Positions 49,701 to 55,389 of a stretch of DNA of 64,000 nt are shown here, piece after piece. Location of the stretch: positions 4,884-68,883 of the forward strand of contig CALXEX010000006.1 in assembly GCA_944387445.1 (NCBI GenBank). The letters run 5' to 3'. The notes beneath the pieces are model-generated. The model saw only the letters and a program-made list of their open reading frames with translations, searched no databases and had not been told where the DNA came from. The stretch is from an uncultured Clostridia bacterium. GTDB lineage: Bacteria; Bacillota; Clostridia; TANB77; CAG-508. Position 1 is the stretch's first letter. Each line of letters begins with the position of its first letter. The position numbers and the translations under genes were made by a program.

Positions 49701-51767
49701 GAAGATATTGTCATAGAAGGATATGTAGGAAAAGAGTATGAGACAGAGCAAAAAGATATAAAGAACTATACATTTGTAGAAGATACAGGAAATACGACAG
49801 GTACAATGACCAAAGATGTAATAGAAGTTATCTACTACTATGCGCAAAACACCAAAGCAACTGTACAACATATTGATAGAGAAACAGGAGAAGTTCTAAA
49901 AGAAGAAACACAAGAAGGAAAAGTAGGAGACATATTTGAAACAAAACCAGAAGATTTTGAAAACTATGTATTAGTAGAAAGTCCAGAAGAGCCAAATATC
50001 ATTATGGATAAAACAGGAGAGCAAGTGGTCAAATACTATTATGCACATGTATCTGCAGGAGTTATCGAAAAACATATTGACGACATTACAGGAGAATTGT
50101 TATATAGTGAAGAACATCAAGGAAATGAAGGAGATAGCTATAACATATCATCAAAAACTTTTGAAGGATATGATTTAGTAACAGAAGATAAAGATGGAAA
50201 TAGTAGATTACCAGAAAATGCAAAAGGAGAAATGAAACGAGATGAAGTGATAGAAGTAAGATACTATTACATCAAAAAAGCAAAAGTTATCGTAAAATAC
50301 TTAGAAGAAGATGACACAACAGAAGACACAACAGATAACCACGTATTAGCAGAAGAAGAGATTATAGAAGGACATGAAAATGATAGCTATGAAACAGAAG
50401 CTAAAGAAATAGAAGACTACAATCTAGTAAAAATACCTGAAAATGCAACAGGAACCATGGTCATTACCAAAAATCCAGATGGAACTTATAACACAGAAAT
50501 AGAAGTCATATACTACTACAAAAAACAAGCAGGAGGCGTTATCGAAAATCATATAGACATCACAACGAAAAATAACTTAGCAACTGAAGAACACCAAGGA
50601 AGCATAGGAGATGCCTATGATATACCATCAAGAACATTCGAAGGATATGACTTAGTAATCGAAGACGAAAAAGGAAACTCTATGTTACCAACAAATGCCA
50701 AAGGAGAAATGACAGAAGAACCAATTGTGGTAAACTACTACTATATCAAACAAGCTAAAGTAATAGTAGAGTATATAGACAAACAAACAGGAGAAAAACT
50801 AGATGAAGAAGAAATCAAAGGACATATAGGAGATAGTTATGAAACAGAAGAAAAAGAATTTGACGGATATGAATTAGTAGAAAAACCATCAAATCGTACA
50901 GGAGAAATGACAGAAGAAGAAATAGTCGTAAAATACTATTACCAAAGAAAAGCAGAAGTTGAAGTTCAATACTTAGAAAAAGGAACAGACTATGAAATCG
51001 CAGAAAGAGAAACCATAGAAGGATTAGTAGGAGATGACTACGAAACCACCATCAAAGACATACCATACTATAACTATGTGGAAAGAACAGAAAATTACAA
51101 AGGAACAATGGAAGAAGAAAAAATCACAGTCATTTACTACTACGAAAAACAAGTATTTAACTTAAGTGTAGACAAATGGGTATCAAGAGTAAATATCAAT
51201 GGAATCAACCATGAAGGAAAAAATATCCATAACAAAGATGAACTTTATGCAGTAGACATCCATAGAAGCAAAGTAGACACAGCAGATGTAAAAATCACAT
51301 ACAAAATCAGAGTAAGCAACACAGGAGAAATAGAAGGAACAGCAGGACAAATCATCGAAGTAATCCCAGAAGGATATAGCTATTATCAAGAAGATAATAC
51401 AATCTATTGGGAAGAAAGAAATGGAATATTCGTAACAGATACCTTAAAAGATGAAACCATAAAACCAGGAGAATACAAAGAAATCGAAATTGTACTAAGA
51501 TGGAATAGAGGAGAAGACAACTTTGGAGAAAAAGAAAACCTAGTTATCTTAAGCCAAGAAAACAACCCAGCAGGATATCAAGATGTTAAAGAAGAAGATA
51601 ACCACTCAACGTCAAATATGTTGATAACTGTAGCAACAGGACTAGACTCAAATGGAAGAATCATCTTAACGGCAGTTGTTACAATGGTATTATCTATCAT
51701 ACTAGCAGTAAACGTAGGATTATTAGTTACTTACAAAGAAAGACAAAAAAAGAAAACTAGTAAATAG
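37767..51767 (+). CDS. Giant (4666-aa) repeat-rich cell-surface adhesin
   Basis: Single uninterrupted 14-kb ORF. It has an N-terminal signal-anchor (VIASIIAILTIIAIVMTAIY) and the four repeat blocks listed separately below. It ends in a DUF11-like domain, a hydrophobic segment and a KERQKKK tail. Confidence 0.9.
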   Translation: MRKGFNNKKLINQDNLKSKSAKQKKFVLSMNHLKTAIVQNKVKVIASIIAILTIIAIVMTAIYHAQKVQIRNNLIATNPELARAMTYGELTEKDEETQSQNVRFSVYFARDLNGDGYADKVKGTCKEVGEEDTLYMSLNVLEDGYLENGKIEIEEDNMYFKTALVDDDAIEGNYISENTTVINLKDVQAGTQKLIFGQVRTGDYRYSSTKRDAIGNDTNKYSGINKIKLTGTHVANDGERTDIEKVIKLPVDWYGTTKAEIATTGVNGEKNKYQNYNSEGIIDEEKQEVNLEFKIVAQESNNQLLLSKSTIEGTIPELNGYKATKVEIMGENLQSTYNEETGVFTAYREANTTEDGVVNKEAYSSTNGTIRYHEIKLKVTYPLEAYEIANESNNGTVTIQIPVKATFEGYNNPNEEFTNPYISNIAEDVITVTYGKTEGSIINFGIQVGAYVGNGYNANVISKENALTYYNNDENKSNDTYEVRWSVARGNSGEIANIKLREQDANYTDKFSKTDGTYEDMLPYSKNIGIYFTTPGAMFGENGWIRVYNDQTNTLIHEFTSADWDTYTKENPYMYDEPVDHIRIETSSADKVSNFTVNHIKELNNELLTTDIAREEFDKFNKINSYLSGNAKYAENEEYQNISNITGTANYDEPISIAQITNVTPTTLSTQEMTNMKITIGTANSAYNLKAWKNGIFLLKFPEEVLVADINSVTINNENVNILGYDIYEQDGNYYLKILTENENPENYTITVDANITPDPRKISATKDIELYAYNEECNNYKDTLRAEDVYDINGDGNTKDLVDYSKKSITFVGPSTLITTETASDYNEEGDEIKTTVAPQVAEIDKTQNNRTAKISIQITNNYSGNISGIVVIGKTPFAGNTSQIIGTDLGSTFTAKMMRPIELPEELQGIAKVYYSENETVNSDVNDPSNNWKTAEEITDFSTIRTYAIDLSDYVVEKNEAYICTYEIEVPQDVNYNDVSYSTHAVYFYIETPEGKIADQAETNKLGFKIARKYNLEINKIKQGTNSPIQGASFSVQAEGEENARIIASDVQGKINIQDLYVGKVYTVKELRAPSDYVLNSAEMKFTTTVDDNGELQVEKLEGNNNLNVVQATEEEPAKVSFTVTNEPKYTFKLTKEDQNGNLVQGVRFNLIGKGLPTQGRTVTTNSKGELAITGLYPNEEYTLTEVYAEGYEYSEAPIKFKTVWNGNNLEAQVIEGSFKIQPTVDNNQEKQPIMSASIVNTKLDEYNLTLSKYEKETPTPLEGAVFKVTGKWLDSEYTTDESGMLNVGPLYEGIEYTIKEVMPPEGYALSENTIRFVVNTNEEGKQQLQILEGEIKPSTDFETEEKISTEASANSEGTEDISSSDVTESSSRSETALEEGQVVDKDGNPIEDKEVIAKLDGDKISEVMLAIDNEPLFSLTKIDGETQEPLPNVKFAITKVEDDGTETEALDSKGELIGETTEIDGKTYQVITTDEQGKITENLPKGYYKVVEIETAEGYQLPENEEDRTYFFGIGKTKPAVKEMVELWSQSFEGNGEITYTDSVATDDGGYVKIGYFSNTVTFDADQTESGEELVLTSEGNKDAVIIKYNSNNRIVWSNTYDKTKTSDVFNAITKIDSNEYVVTGKSASNVCHLIYDNDGNLINEYTNLVNTNLDEIKIIQTKDKGFVTIENFNNVYPVTIPKENSVNGKEIVINSNGSYDGILIKYNEEHKVEWVRSIGGDKEEQFNDFDIDKDGNIIVVGHFYSSNLTMPAEETVNKEEMVLTNGGNNDPFIIKYTPDGLVEWAEIPYEITWDTVNAIHINENNEYTIFGYIGNGVNYKIPGDKTANGQNIVINGSAVCIKYNAEGKIEWADAYQTGESMYKTQSTDDGGSIQIGLINKTTGVINANQTADGKEIKLTTNGTKDIIVQKMNNENKIEWVSIFGSTSSESKSNIKSVIELPNNRYLVQVYLTVKATISSEHTTLGEDVELFGNVTLIYNSDGLIEYASSEVGSSSQYNSVVATDDGGQIAVGQMKGKLHIDGEQTSTGEEINLLSNGAESNDALITKYNEEGKIEWIRTIGSAWSDVINEIEKVDDKYIAVGQYMGNITIPAEYTVDNETVQLTNANNNHSAMVIIFNEDGKIFKVNKLDSTGAEKFSAISKSEDGYVIVGYVDGNMTIPAEDTSEGIALNINIDKKNCGIVLKYDNNDKIEWVRTIKPNSNSNYNVFTKVETLSNGGYVAILNCLKGTTTIEADDTVDRKEITKTCTDQNGGLIVVKFNENGLVQTANIIDNWSSENFDIIATKDGGYLVARRNYWTSSMIIPAEETINNEEIEINTPGYNIFLLKYNQDGLFEFYKQINAHEYTSPVQISNTNDNGYILTGRDYTYKLDDELNIEYSYKKGVTNAVTQPLNNQTDYIQVGYTTVHGVNVAKITKLHENTISAEIPEQQNMIIENHKKEYKITTEVEGEGGNISGEGSTADNPYEVVEDGGDSTKDIVVTPEEGYKILKITVNGEEINFVPEEDGSVILDKFTNMTSDKHVVVQFSNTVSTVIVHHYKDGTTEPYESLADDETLTGEIGTNYTTAPKDIEGYEVVIEKLPSNASGEYTEAPQEVIYFYKQTPVKLIVHHYLEGTEEIVPGSEDDQINEEREKGTEYTTSQATDIDAKYELVATPSNATGTLTDNETVVTYYYRVKDSAGVIVHHIDADSREPIAPDVMIPAEGTGKYGDSYTTEQSSEIPANYEYVTRTDNWQGTMVDTLTEVTYEYQLVDPSITDPNISKTATESIDTPKAEMEYGITYTTTIENYIGKAQVTIVDTLPYKIDVGKSTLNGGTYDEESQTITWVELVDGIDTYTNPESGNIEINKTIKVVYLNMDVSKETIENNVSGKVKLFTPEKTSEEVTDTATTNTEFKMDMTVNKVWVDNDTQAQRRPEVVTINVIGENDKVVQSYDLKVKEESSHTFTDLPKYNHEGNEIAYRIEEKEKTLGDLHFYTPSVSEITDVEGEKDHKQVTITNTFKTPEDTTKIIVNKVWKDNEIQAQRRPESIEIVVKNGDIEVKAQKMSMADMVADTTNQWSIVIDGLAKYDDNGQEIQYTVEERATDTDPDGLKFYEAEEDVVAVEDHQATIRNNFVKPDDTTSITVNKVWNDNKDENEKRPQSISLQVKNGDNVVQEEVVDVDDKINEEQEKEAIIEQVNSEREPEKQLDTNTVEIWQHTFTNLPKYDENGQEIVYTASEEAVNADGLKFYTSEISAVTNVDNEENKKEVTIVNTFTVPDEKIELTVSKVWVDNTTQAKRRPGTIVINVKAENADNNDSEAVIQTYDLNTATETSHTFTGLPKYNSKGDEIIYKVEEQEKTTGDLHFYTSSVGEVTDVAGEENKKEVTITNTFEKPDDTTNVTVTKVWNDNKDEAEKRPDSIVLQVKNGDNVVDDQEVNENQKVEGQAKEEIIAEINAKSNQTNAGNTETEERFDANTVEVWQYTFNGLEKYNDNGEEIQYTAGETEVNSNDLQFYAKVVEGTTIINTFTHDTTKTTVTVTKIWEDNDIQAQRRPESVIIVLKANGQDNQVYELSEKTADTANENTWTHTFTELPKYDKYNNIIEYTVSEEEKYIGDLDFYTSKVEGTTITNIFTRPTETISIEVNKEWIDQDNAYEKRPKAIRLEVKSVENGTGKETVVQYANVTKDDNWSAKFTNLPKYDENGQEITYTVDEEEVQDNDLFHYEKHIGEVTDKADEVDVKEATITNEMTKIPGEVNVRYVDINTKQDIIGKKKKEGIVGDTFDVTEDKRDIPGYTLVKEPDEKTGTYTTVPQEKIYYYAKNTKVIVKYLEKDDTPDDNTDNHVLKDEVEIPGYEGKDYNTIKEEIPGYTYVEDTQNTTGKMQRDQITVIYYYAPNTNVIVKYLEQDDTPNDNSDNHELLTEVKIDGYVGKDYTTVKEDIPGYTFVEDTGNTTGTMTKDPIEVIYYYAPNTKVIVKYLEKDDTPDDNTDNKRLVDEDIVIEGYVGKEYETEQKDIKNYTFVEDTGNTTGTMTKDVIEVIYYYAQNTKATVQHIDRETGEVLKEETQEGKVGDIFETKPEDFENYVLVESPEEPNIIMDKTGEQVVKYYYAHVSAGVIEKHIDDITGELLYSEEHQGNEGDSYNISSKTFEGYDLVTEDKDGNSRLPENAKGEMKRDEVIEVRYYYIKKAKVIVKYLEEDDTTEDTTDNHVLAEEEIIEGHENDSYETEAKEIEDYNLVKIPENATGTMVITKNPDGTYNTEIEVIYYYKKQAGGVIENHIDITTKNNLATEEHQGSIGDAYDIPSRTFEGYDLVIEDEKGNSMLPTNAKGEMTEEPIVVNYYYIKQAKVIVEYIDKQTGEKLDEEEIKGHIGDSYETEEKEFDGYELVEKPSNRTGEMTEEEIVVKYYYQRKAEVEVQYLEKGTDYEIAERETIEGLVGDDYETTIKDIPYYNYVERTENYKGTMEEEKITVIYYYEKQVFNLSVDKWVSRVNINGINHEGKNIHNKDELYAVDIHRSKVDTADVKITYKIRVSNTGEIEGTAGQIIEVIPEGYSYYQEDNTIYWEERNGIFVTDTLKDETIKPGEYKEIEIVLRWNRGEDNFGEKENLVILSQENNPAGYQDVKEEDNHSTSNMLITVATGLDSNGRIILTAVVTMVLSIILAVNVGLLVTYKERQKKKTSK
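40807..42340 (+). repeat. Four SpaA/prealbumin-fold (Cna-B-like) domains inside the adhesin
   Basis: Units start KYNLEINKIKQGTNSPIQGASF, YTFKLTKEDQNGNLVQGVRF, YNLTLSKYEKETPTPLEGAVF and LFSLTKIDGETQEPLPNVKF. Each ends in an (E/P)xGY motif. A Ser/Glu-rich linker precedes the fourth. Confidence 0.6.
42340..45010 (+). repeat. Block of about 60-70-aa beta-propeller-like repeats inside the adhesin
   Basis: A recurring pattern of the type T(D/K)DGGY-V-GxF...IPA(E)xT..GEE..L...G..D..I-KYN.-G.IEW. It resembles SBBP-type beta-propeller repeats. The repeat count was not determined. Confidence 0.45.
45360..46025 (+). repeat. Three MucBP-like domains inside the adhesin
   Basis: VIVHHYKDGT..., KLIVHHYLEGT... 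and GVIVHHIDADS.... Each ends in a Y(F/Y)Y motif. Confidence 0.65.
46450..48960 (+). repeat. Seven Cna_B-type repeats inside the adhesin
   Basis: Seven units start (V/I)xK(V/I/E)W(x)D(N/Q)xxxxxx(R/K)RP, for example VNKVWVDNDTQAQRRPEVV. Each contains (T/F)F(T/N)xLPKY(D/N)xxGxEIxY. Confidence 0.75.
48970..51150 (+). repeat. Ten further MucBP-like domains inside the adhesin
   Basis: Ten units of about 70-75 aa of the type VIVKYLEKDDTPDDNTDN...GYxGKxYxT...IPGYTFVEDTGNTTGTMTKDxIEVIYYY. Several are nearly identical at the DNA level. Confidence 0.7.
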
Positions 51768-51789
51768 TTTTTGAAAAATGAAACAACAA

Positions 51790-51846
51790 AATGTCGCATT
51801 GAAATCGTTTTGTCGCATAGACAAACGAACTCTATGCGACATTTTA
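51790..51846 (+). terminator. Terminator and repeat unit after the adhesin gene, again built from TGTCGCA boxes
   Basis: Perfect 10-bp stem tgtcgcatag (51811-51820) / ctatgcgaca (51832-51841), followed by tttta. An additional aatgtcgca copy lies at 51790-51798. Confidence 0.55.
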
Positions 51847-52012
51847 CTTGGAATAAAATCACTTGCTTTTTAAGGAATTATATAGTAAAATTGAAAATAG
51901 AAAAAAGTGGAAATAATCAGTTAATATGTTTTTATGATGCAAAACATATTATGTGTTATCAAGAGGTTTAATCCCCTGTACACGAGATAGATTAGAAAGA
52001 GAGGTAAAGAAA

Positions 52013-53704
52013 ATGAAAAAATTACCTTATGGAATAAGCAATTATGAAGAATTGATAGAAGATAATTACTATTATGTAGATAAAACCAAGTATATAGAAC
52101 AACTAGAAAGTTTAGCAGAAAAGAGAATTATGTTTTTACGCCCAAGGAAATTCGGAAAAACATTATTCACAAGTATGATAGAAAACTATTATGATTTAAA
52201 AAAGGTAGATAAATTTGAAAAATTATATAAGGATACATATATTGGAAAACATCCAACAAAGTTAAAAAATAGTTACCATATTTTAAGATTTAATTTTTCA
52301 GGAATAGATACCACAGATACAGAATCAACAATGAAAGGATTTAAAAGTAAAGTTAGTGCATCCATAAAAGTATTTGTAGAAAAATATGGATTAGACTTTT
52401 TTGTAAATGGTGAGGAAGAGGTAGAAAATATATTAGATGATTTAATAAAAGCGTTTAAAATGCAAAAGCAAGAAGAAAAAGTATATGTAATAATAGATGA
52501 ATATGACCATTTTGCAAATGAGTTACTAGGATTTAACACAAATCAATTTAAGGATTTAGTATCAAAAAATGGAAAAGTAAGAAAATGGTATGAAATATTA
52601 AAAGAAGGAACAGAAACAGTAATTGATAGAATTTTTATAACAGGAGTTGCACCAATCACACTAGATAGCTTAACATCAGGATTTAACATAGGTTCAGACA
52701 TAACAATGGATGAAAAATTTAATGAAATGTTAGGGTTTACAGAAGCAGAATTAAAAACACTAATGGAAAATCAATCCATAACTAAAGAAAAACAAGAAGA
52801 AATATTACCAATTATGAAAGAAAACTATGATGGATACAGATTTTCATTATATGCACAAGAGAAAATATATAATTCCAATATGTGCTTATATTTTCTAAAA
52901 GATTATGTGAGACTAGGAAGAATTCCAGAACGATTGGTAGATGTGAATATAGCAAGCGACTACAGTAAAATAGGAAAGATGCTAGATTTATGCAAAGGAG
53001 AAAATAGGGCAGATATCATAGAAAAAACAGTATCAGGAGAAGGCATATTAGCAGATATCGTAGAAAAATTCAATCCAGCAATGGAATTTACAGAAAGAGA
53101 ATTAGTATCTATGCTATATTACTTAGGATATTTAACCATATCAGAAGAAAAGTTAGGAAGAGCAGAATTACGAATTCCCAATAAAGTCATGAGAGAAATC
53201 TATTCAGATTATTTTATGAAAATCTTAAATCAAACAACACAAATGGAGATACAAAATAGTGAATATAATGAAATATTAGAACAAATTGCATTAGAAGGAA
53301 GAATAGACAAAATAATAGAAATGTTACAGAAGTATTTAAAGAATTTATCAAATAGAGATTATCAAAGATTTGATGAAAAATATGTAAAATTAATATTTTA
53401 TTGTATAGTCATGAACTTAAAAATCTATACAGTAAAATCAGAATTAGAAGTACAAAGAGAATATCCAGACATCGTATTGATACCAAGAGATAGAAGTAAA
53501 GGATATCAAGCGATTATGGTAGAATTTAAATATTTAAAAAAGAGCGAGGAAAGCAAAGTAGAAGAAAAGCAAAAAGAAGCAAAAGAACAAATTGAAAGAT
53601 ATTTAAATTTTGATGAGATAAAAGATATACAAAATATGCATGCATACACAGTTGTTGCTGTAAATGATAAAGTATATGTAGAAAAAATGAAAAATGTCAC
53701 ATAG
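52013..53704 (+). CDS. AAA-ATPase-like plus PD-(D/E)xK (PDDEXK_9-type) protein
   Basis: MKKLPYGISNYEELIEDNYYYVDKTKYI...RPRKFGKTLF at the N-terminus and YPDIVLIPRD...AIMVEFKYLK at the C-terminus. The ATG at 52013 has gaggt upstream; the listed start at 51953 is probably too early. Confidence 0.8.
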   Translation: MKKLPYGISNYEELIEDNYYYVDKTKYIEQLESLAEKRIMFLRPRKFGKTLFTSMIENYYDLKKVDKFEKLYKDTYIGKHPTKLKNSYHILRFNFSGIDTTDTESTMKGFKSKVSASIKVFVEKYGLDFFVNGEEEVENILDDLIKAFKMQKQEEKVYVIIDEYDHFANELLGFNTNQFKDLVSKNGKVRKWYEILKEGTETVIDRIFITGVAPITLDSLTSGFNIGSDITMDEKFNEMLGFTEAELKTLMENQSITKEKQEEILPIMKENYDGYRFSLYAQEKIYNSNMCLYFLKDYVRLGRIPERLVDVNIASDYSKIGKMLDLCKGENRADIIEKTVSGEGILADIVEKFNPAMEFTERELVSMLYYLGYLTISEEKLGRAELRIPNKVMREIYSDYFMKILNQTTQMEIQNSEYNEILEQIALEGRIDKIIEMLQKYLKNLSNRDYQRFDEKYVKLIFYCIVMNLKIYTVKSELEVQREYPDIVLIPRDRSKGYQAIMVEFKYLKKSEESKVEEKQKEAKEQIERYLNFDEIKDIQNMHAYTVVAVNDKVYVEKMKNVT

Positions 53705-53735
53705 GGATCAGATCCTTATGTGGCATTTTTCTAAA
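53693..53735 (+). terminator. Terminator hairpin, a diverged copy of the 37459 element
   Basis: aatgtcacatagggatcagatccttatgtggcattttt. The stem has one G-U pair and is followed by a T-run. Overlaps the stop codon of the ATPase gene. Confidence 0.6.
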
Positions 53736-54942
53736 ATCCAATTATATCATTATAAATTTCGATTGCAAATTTGTCTGTCATACCAGAAATATAATATAAA
53801 ATACATTGATAGAAATCTTTTTCATTATGAAAATCAAAGATAACATCATTTACTAATTTTAGCTCTTGTCGATTTCCTAAATCATAATAATTTGTTAAAA
53901 ATCCTAGAAAACTATCATAAAGTTTTATAGAAATTTTAGATAATTTATTTCTTAAAGTAATAATGGTATTTTCTCCATCATAGCAAGATTTTAAAGTACC
54001 ATAAATTTCATTTAAAACTAATTCAAAATATGTAATAGAAGGTTTTAGTCTATCTGAAAAATAGATATTTCTATAATTAAATTCTTTGATTTTATTTAAT
54101 AAGTCAAAAGCTTCTTCTGAAAAACATAGTCCTTTTTCAGGAGTGGAATTTTTAGCTAAATCACATACTAAATAATTAATAATAATCGTATTGTTGATTT
54201 TCTTTTCAGGTAAATCATAGTGTAGTAATTTGTATAGTTCATCTAAATGCTCATCAATAATTCCTAAGGTAATGGCATCTTCAATATCTCTTCCGATATA
54301 GGAGATTTTATCAGAAAATTTTACAACACAGCCTTCCCAAGTATATGGAGCATATTGGTTAGGTCTAACATAAGATGCCAAATCAATATATTCTTTTCTA
54401 GGTTTTAAACAATTTTCATCAATTTCACCACAGTGAGAAATGATACCATCTCTGACAGCATAAGTTAAATCTAGATTATCTTTATATCGATCTTTATTTT
54501 CTAATAATTCTATTTTATCTACAAATTCTAAACCGTTTTTTTCATGCCAAAAGCTACAACCTAAATCTCTTTGTGAAATTGTTGATAAAATTTTTTCTCC
54601 TGCATGACCAAAAGGACTATGACCAATATCATGTGCTACAGCAATTGCTTTTGTTAATTCTGTGTTTAAACCTAAATAGCTTGCAATTGTATAACTAATG
54701 GATTCTACATGTGAAACATGTTCACTTCTTGTACAGATATGATCACTTTCTGGTGAGAAAAAGACTTGTGTTTTATGTTTTAATCTTTTGTAGGCATTTG
54801 AATGTATAATTCTTGTATAATCTCTATCGAATACAGAACGTATATCACCAGGATTGGTTGGTAAAGTTTTTTTCCTTTTAGATATATTTTCCCAATCCGG
54901 ATGATGAATATTAGCTGAATAATCTTTAAATACATTTTCCAT
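53731..54942 (-). CDS. dgt: dGTPase-family (deoxyguanosinetriphosphate triphosphohydrolase-like) HD protein
   Basis: 403 aa. FDRDYTRIIHSNAYKRLKHKTQVF and AVAHDIGHSPFGHAGE. Confidence 0.85.
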   Translation of the reverse strand: MENVFKDYSANIHHPDWENISKRKKTLPTNPGDIRSVFDRDYTRIIHSNAYKRLKHKTQVFFSPESDHICTRSEHVSHVESISYTIASYLGLNTELTKAIAVAHDIGHSPFGHAGEKILSTISQRDLGCSFWHEKNGLEFVDKIELLENKDRYKDNLDLTYAVRDGIISHCGEIDENCLKPRKEYIDLASYVRPNQYAPYTWEGCVVKFSDKISYIGRDIEDAITLGIIDEHLDELYKLLHYDLPEKKINNTIIINYLVCDLAKNSTPEKGLCFSEEAFDLLNKIKEFNYRNIYFSDRLKPSITYFELVLNEIYGTLKSCYDGENTIITLRNKLSKISIKLYDSFLGFLTNYYDLGNRQELKLVNDVIFDFHNEKDFYQCILYYISGMTDKFAIEIYNDIIGF

Positions 54943-55194
54943 AAGACATGCATTCCTTTCACTTTTTTTAATTTATTAAAATGATTATATATTTCATTTT
55001 CTTCTAAAGTAATATGAAATTATTAGTTTAATTTTGAATTGAAAAACAAGAAGTTTTCTATTGTTTCCTATAAAAATAGGCTTAGCATAAGTTTAATATA
55101 AAAAAATAAAAAAGTCTATAAATAGATAGAAATAAAATATTGAAAATAAAAATATGACGTAGTATAATGAAAAAAACTAAAGGAGGAGATACTA

Positions 55195-55338
55195 ATGTTA
55201 CATGTTATCAAAGATGATTTTGACGAAAGTCCAGAAGATATTTTAAATTCTATTAACAAAATGCTACAAAAAAAGGAAGAAAATAAAAAAGAGGAAAATC
55301 AAAAAGAAAATCGTAAAAGTGAACAAGAAAAGAAATAA
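55195..55338 (+). CDS. Possible 47-aa highly charged protein
   Basis: ATG preceded by aaaggagga, with a tataat at about 55163-55168. Sequence MLHVIKDDFDESPEDILNSINKMLQKKEENKK.... Confidence 0.35.
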   Translation: MLHVIKDDFDESPEDILNSINKMLQKKEENKKEENQKENRKSEQEKK

Positions 55339-55389
55339 GGATTTATATATTTATAAACATAAAAATAATAATGTTAAGGAGTAATAAAC

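Noticed and set aside
38913-51389. Numerous 60-220-aa minus-strand ORFs inside the adhesin gene
   Set aside because: They are antisense to a 14-kb uninterrupted ORF with clear domain content. They are low-complexity (Ser/Leu/Phe-rich) products of the repeat-rich coding strand.
51771-51971. 66-aa ORF directly after the adhesin gene
   Set aside because: It spans the TGTCGCA hairpin terminator and has no RBS. The downstream ATPase gene has a much better start at 52013.
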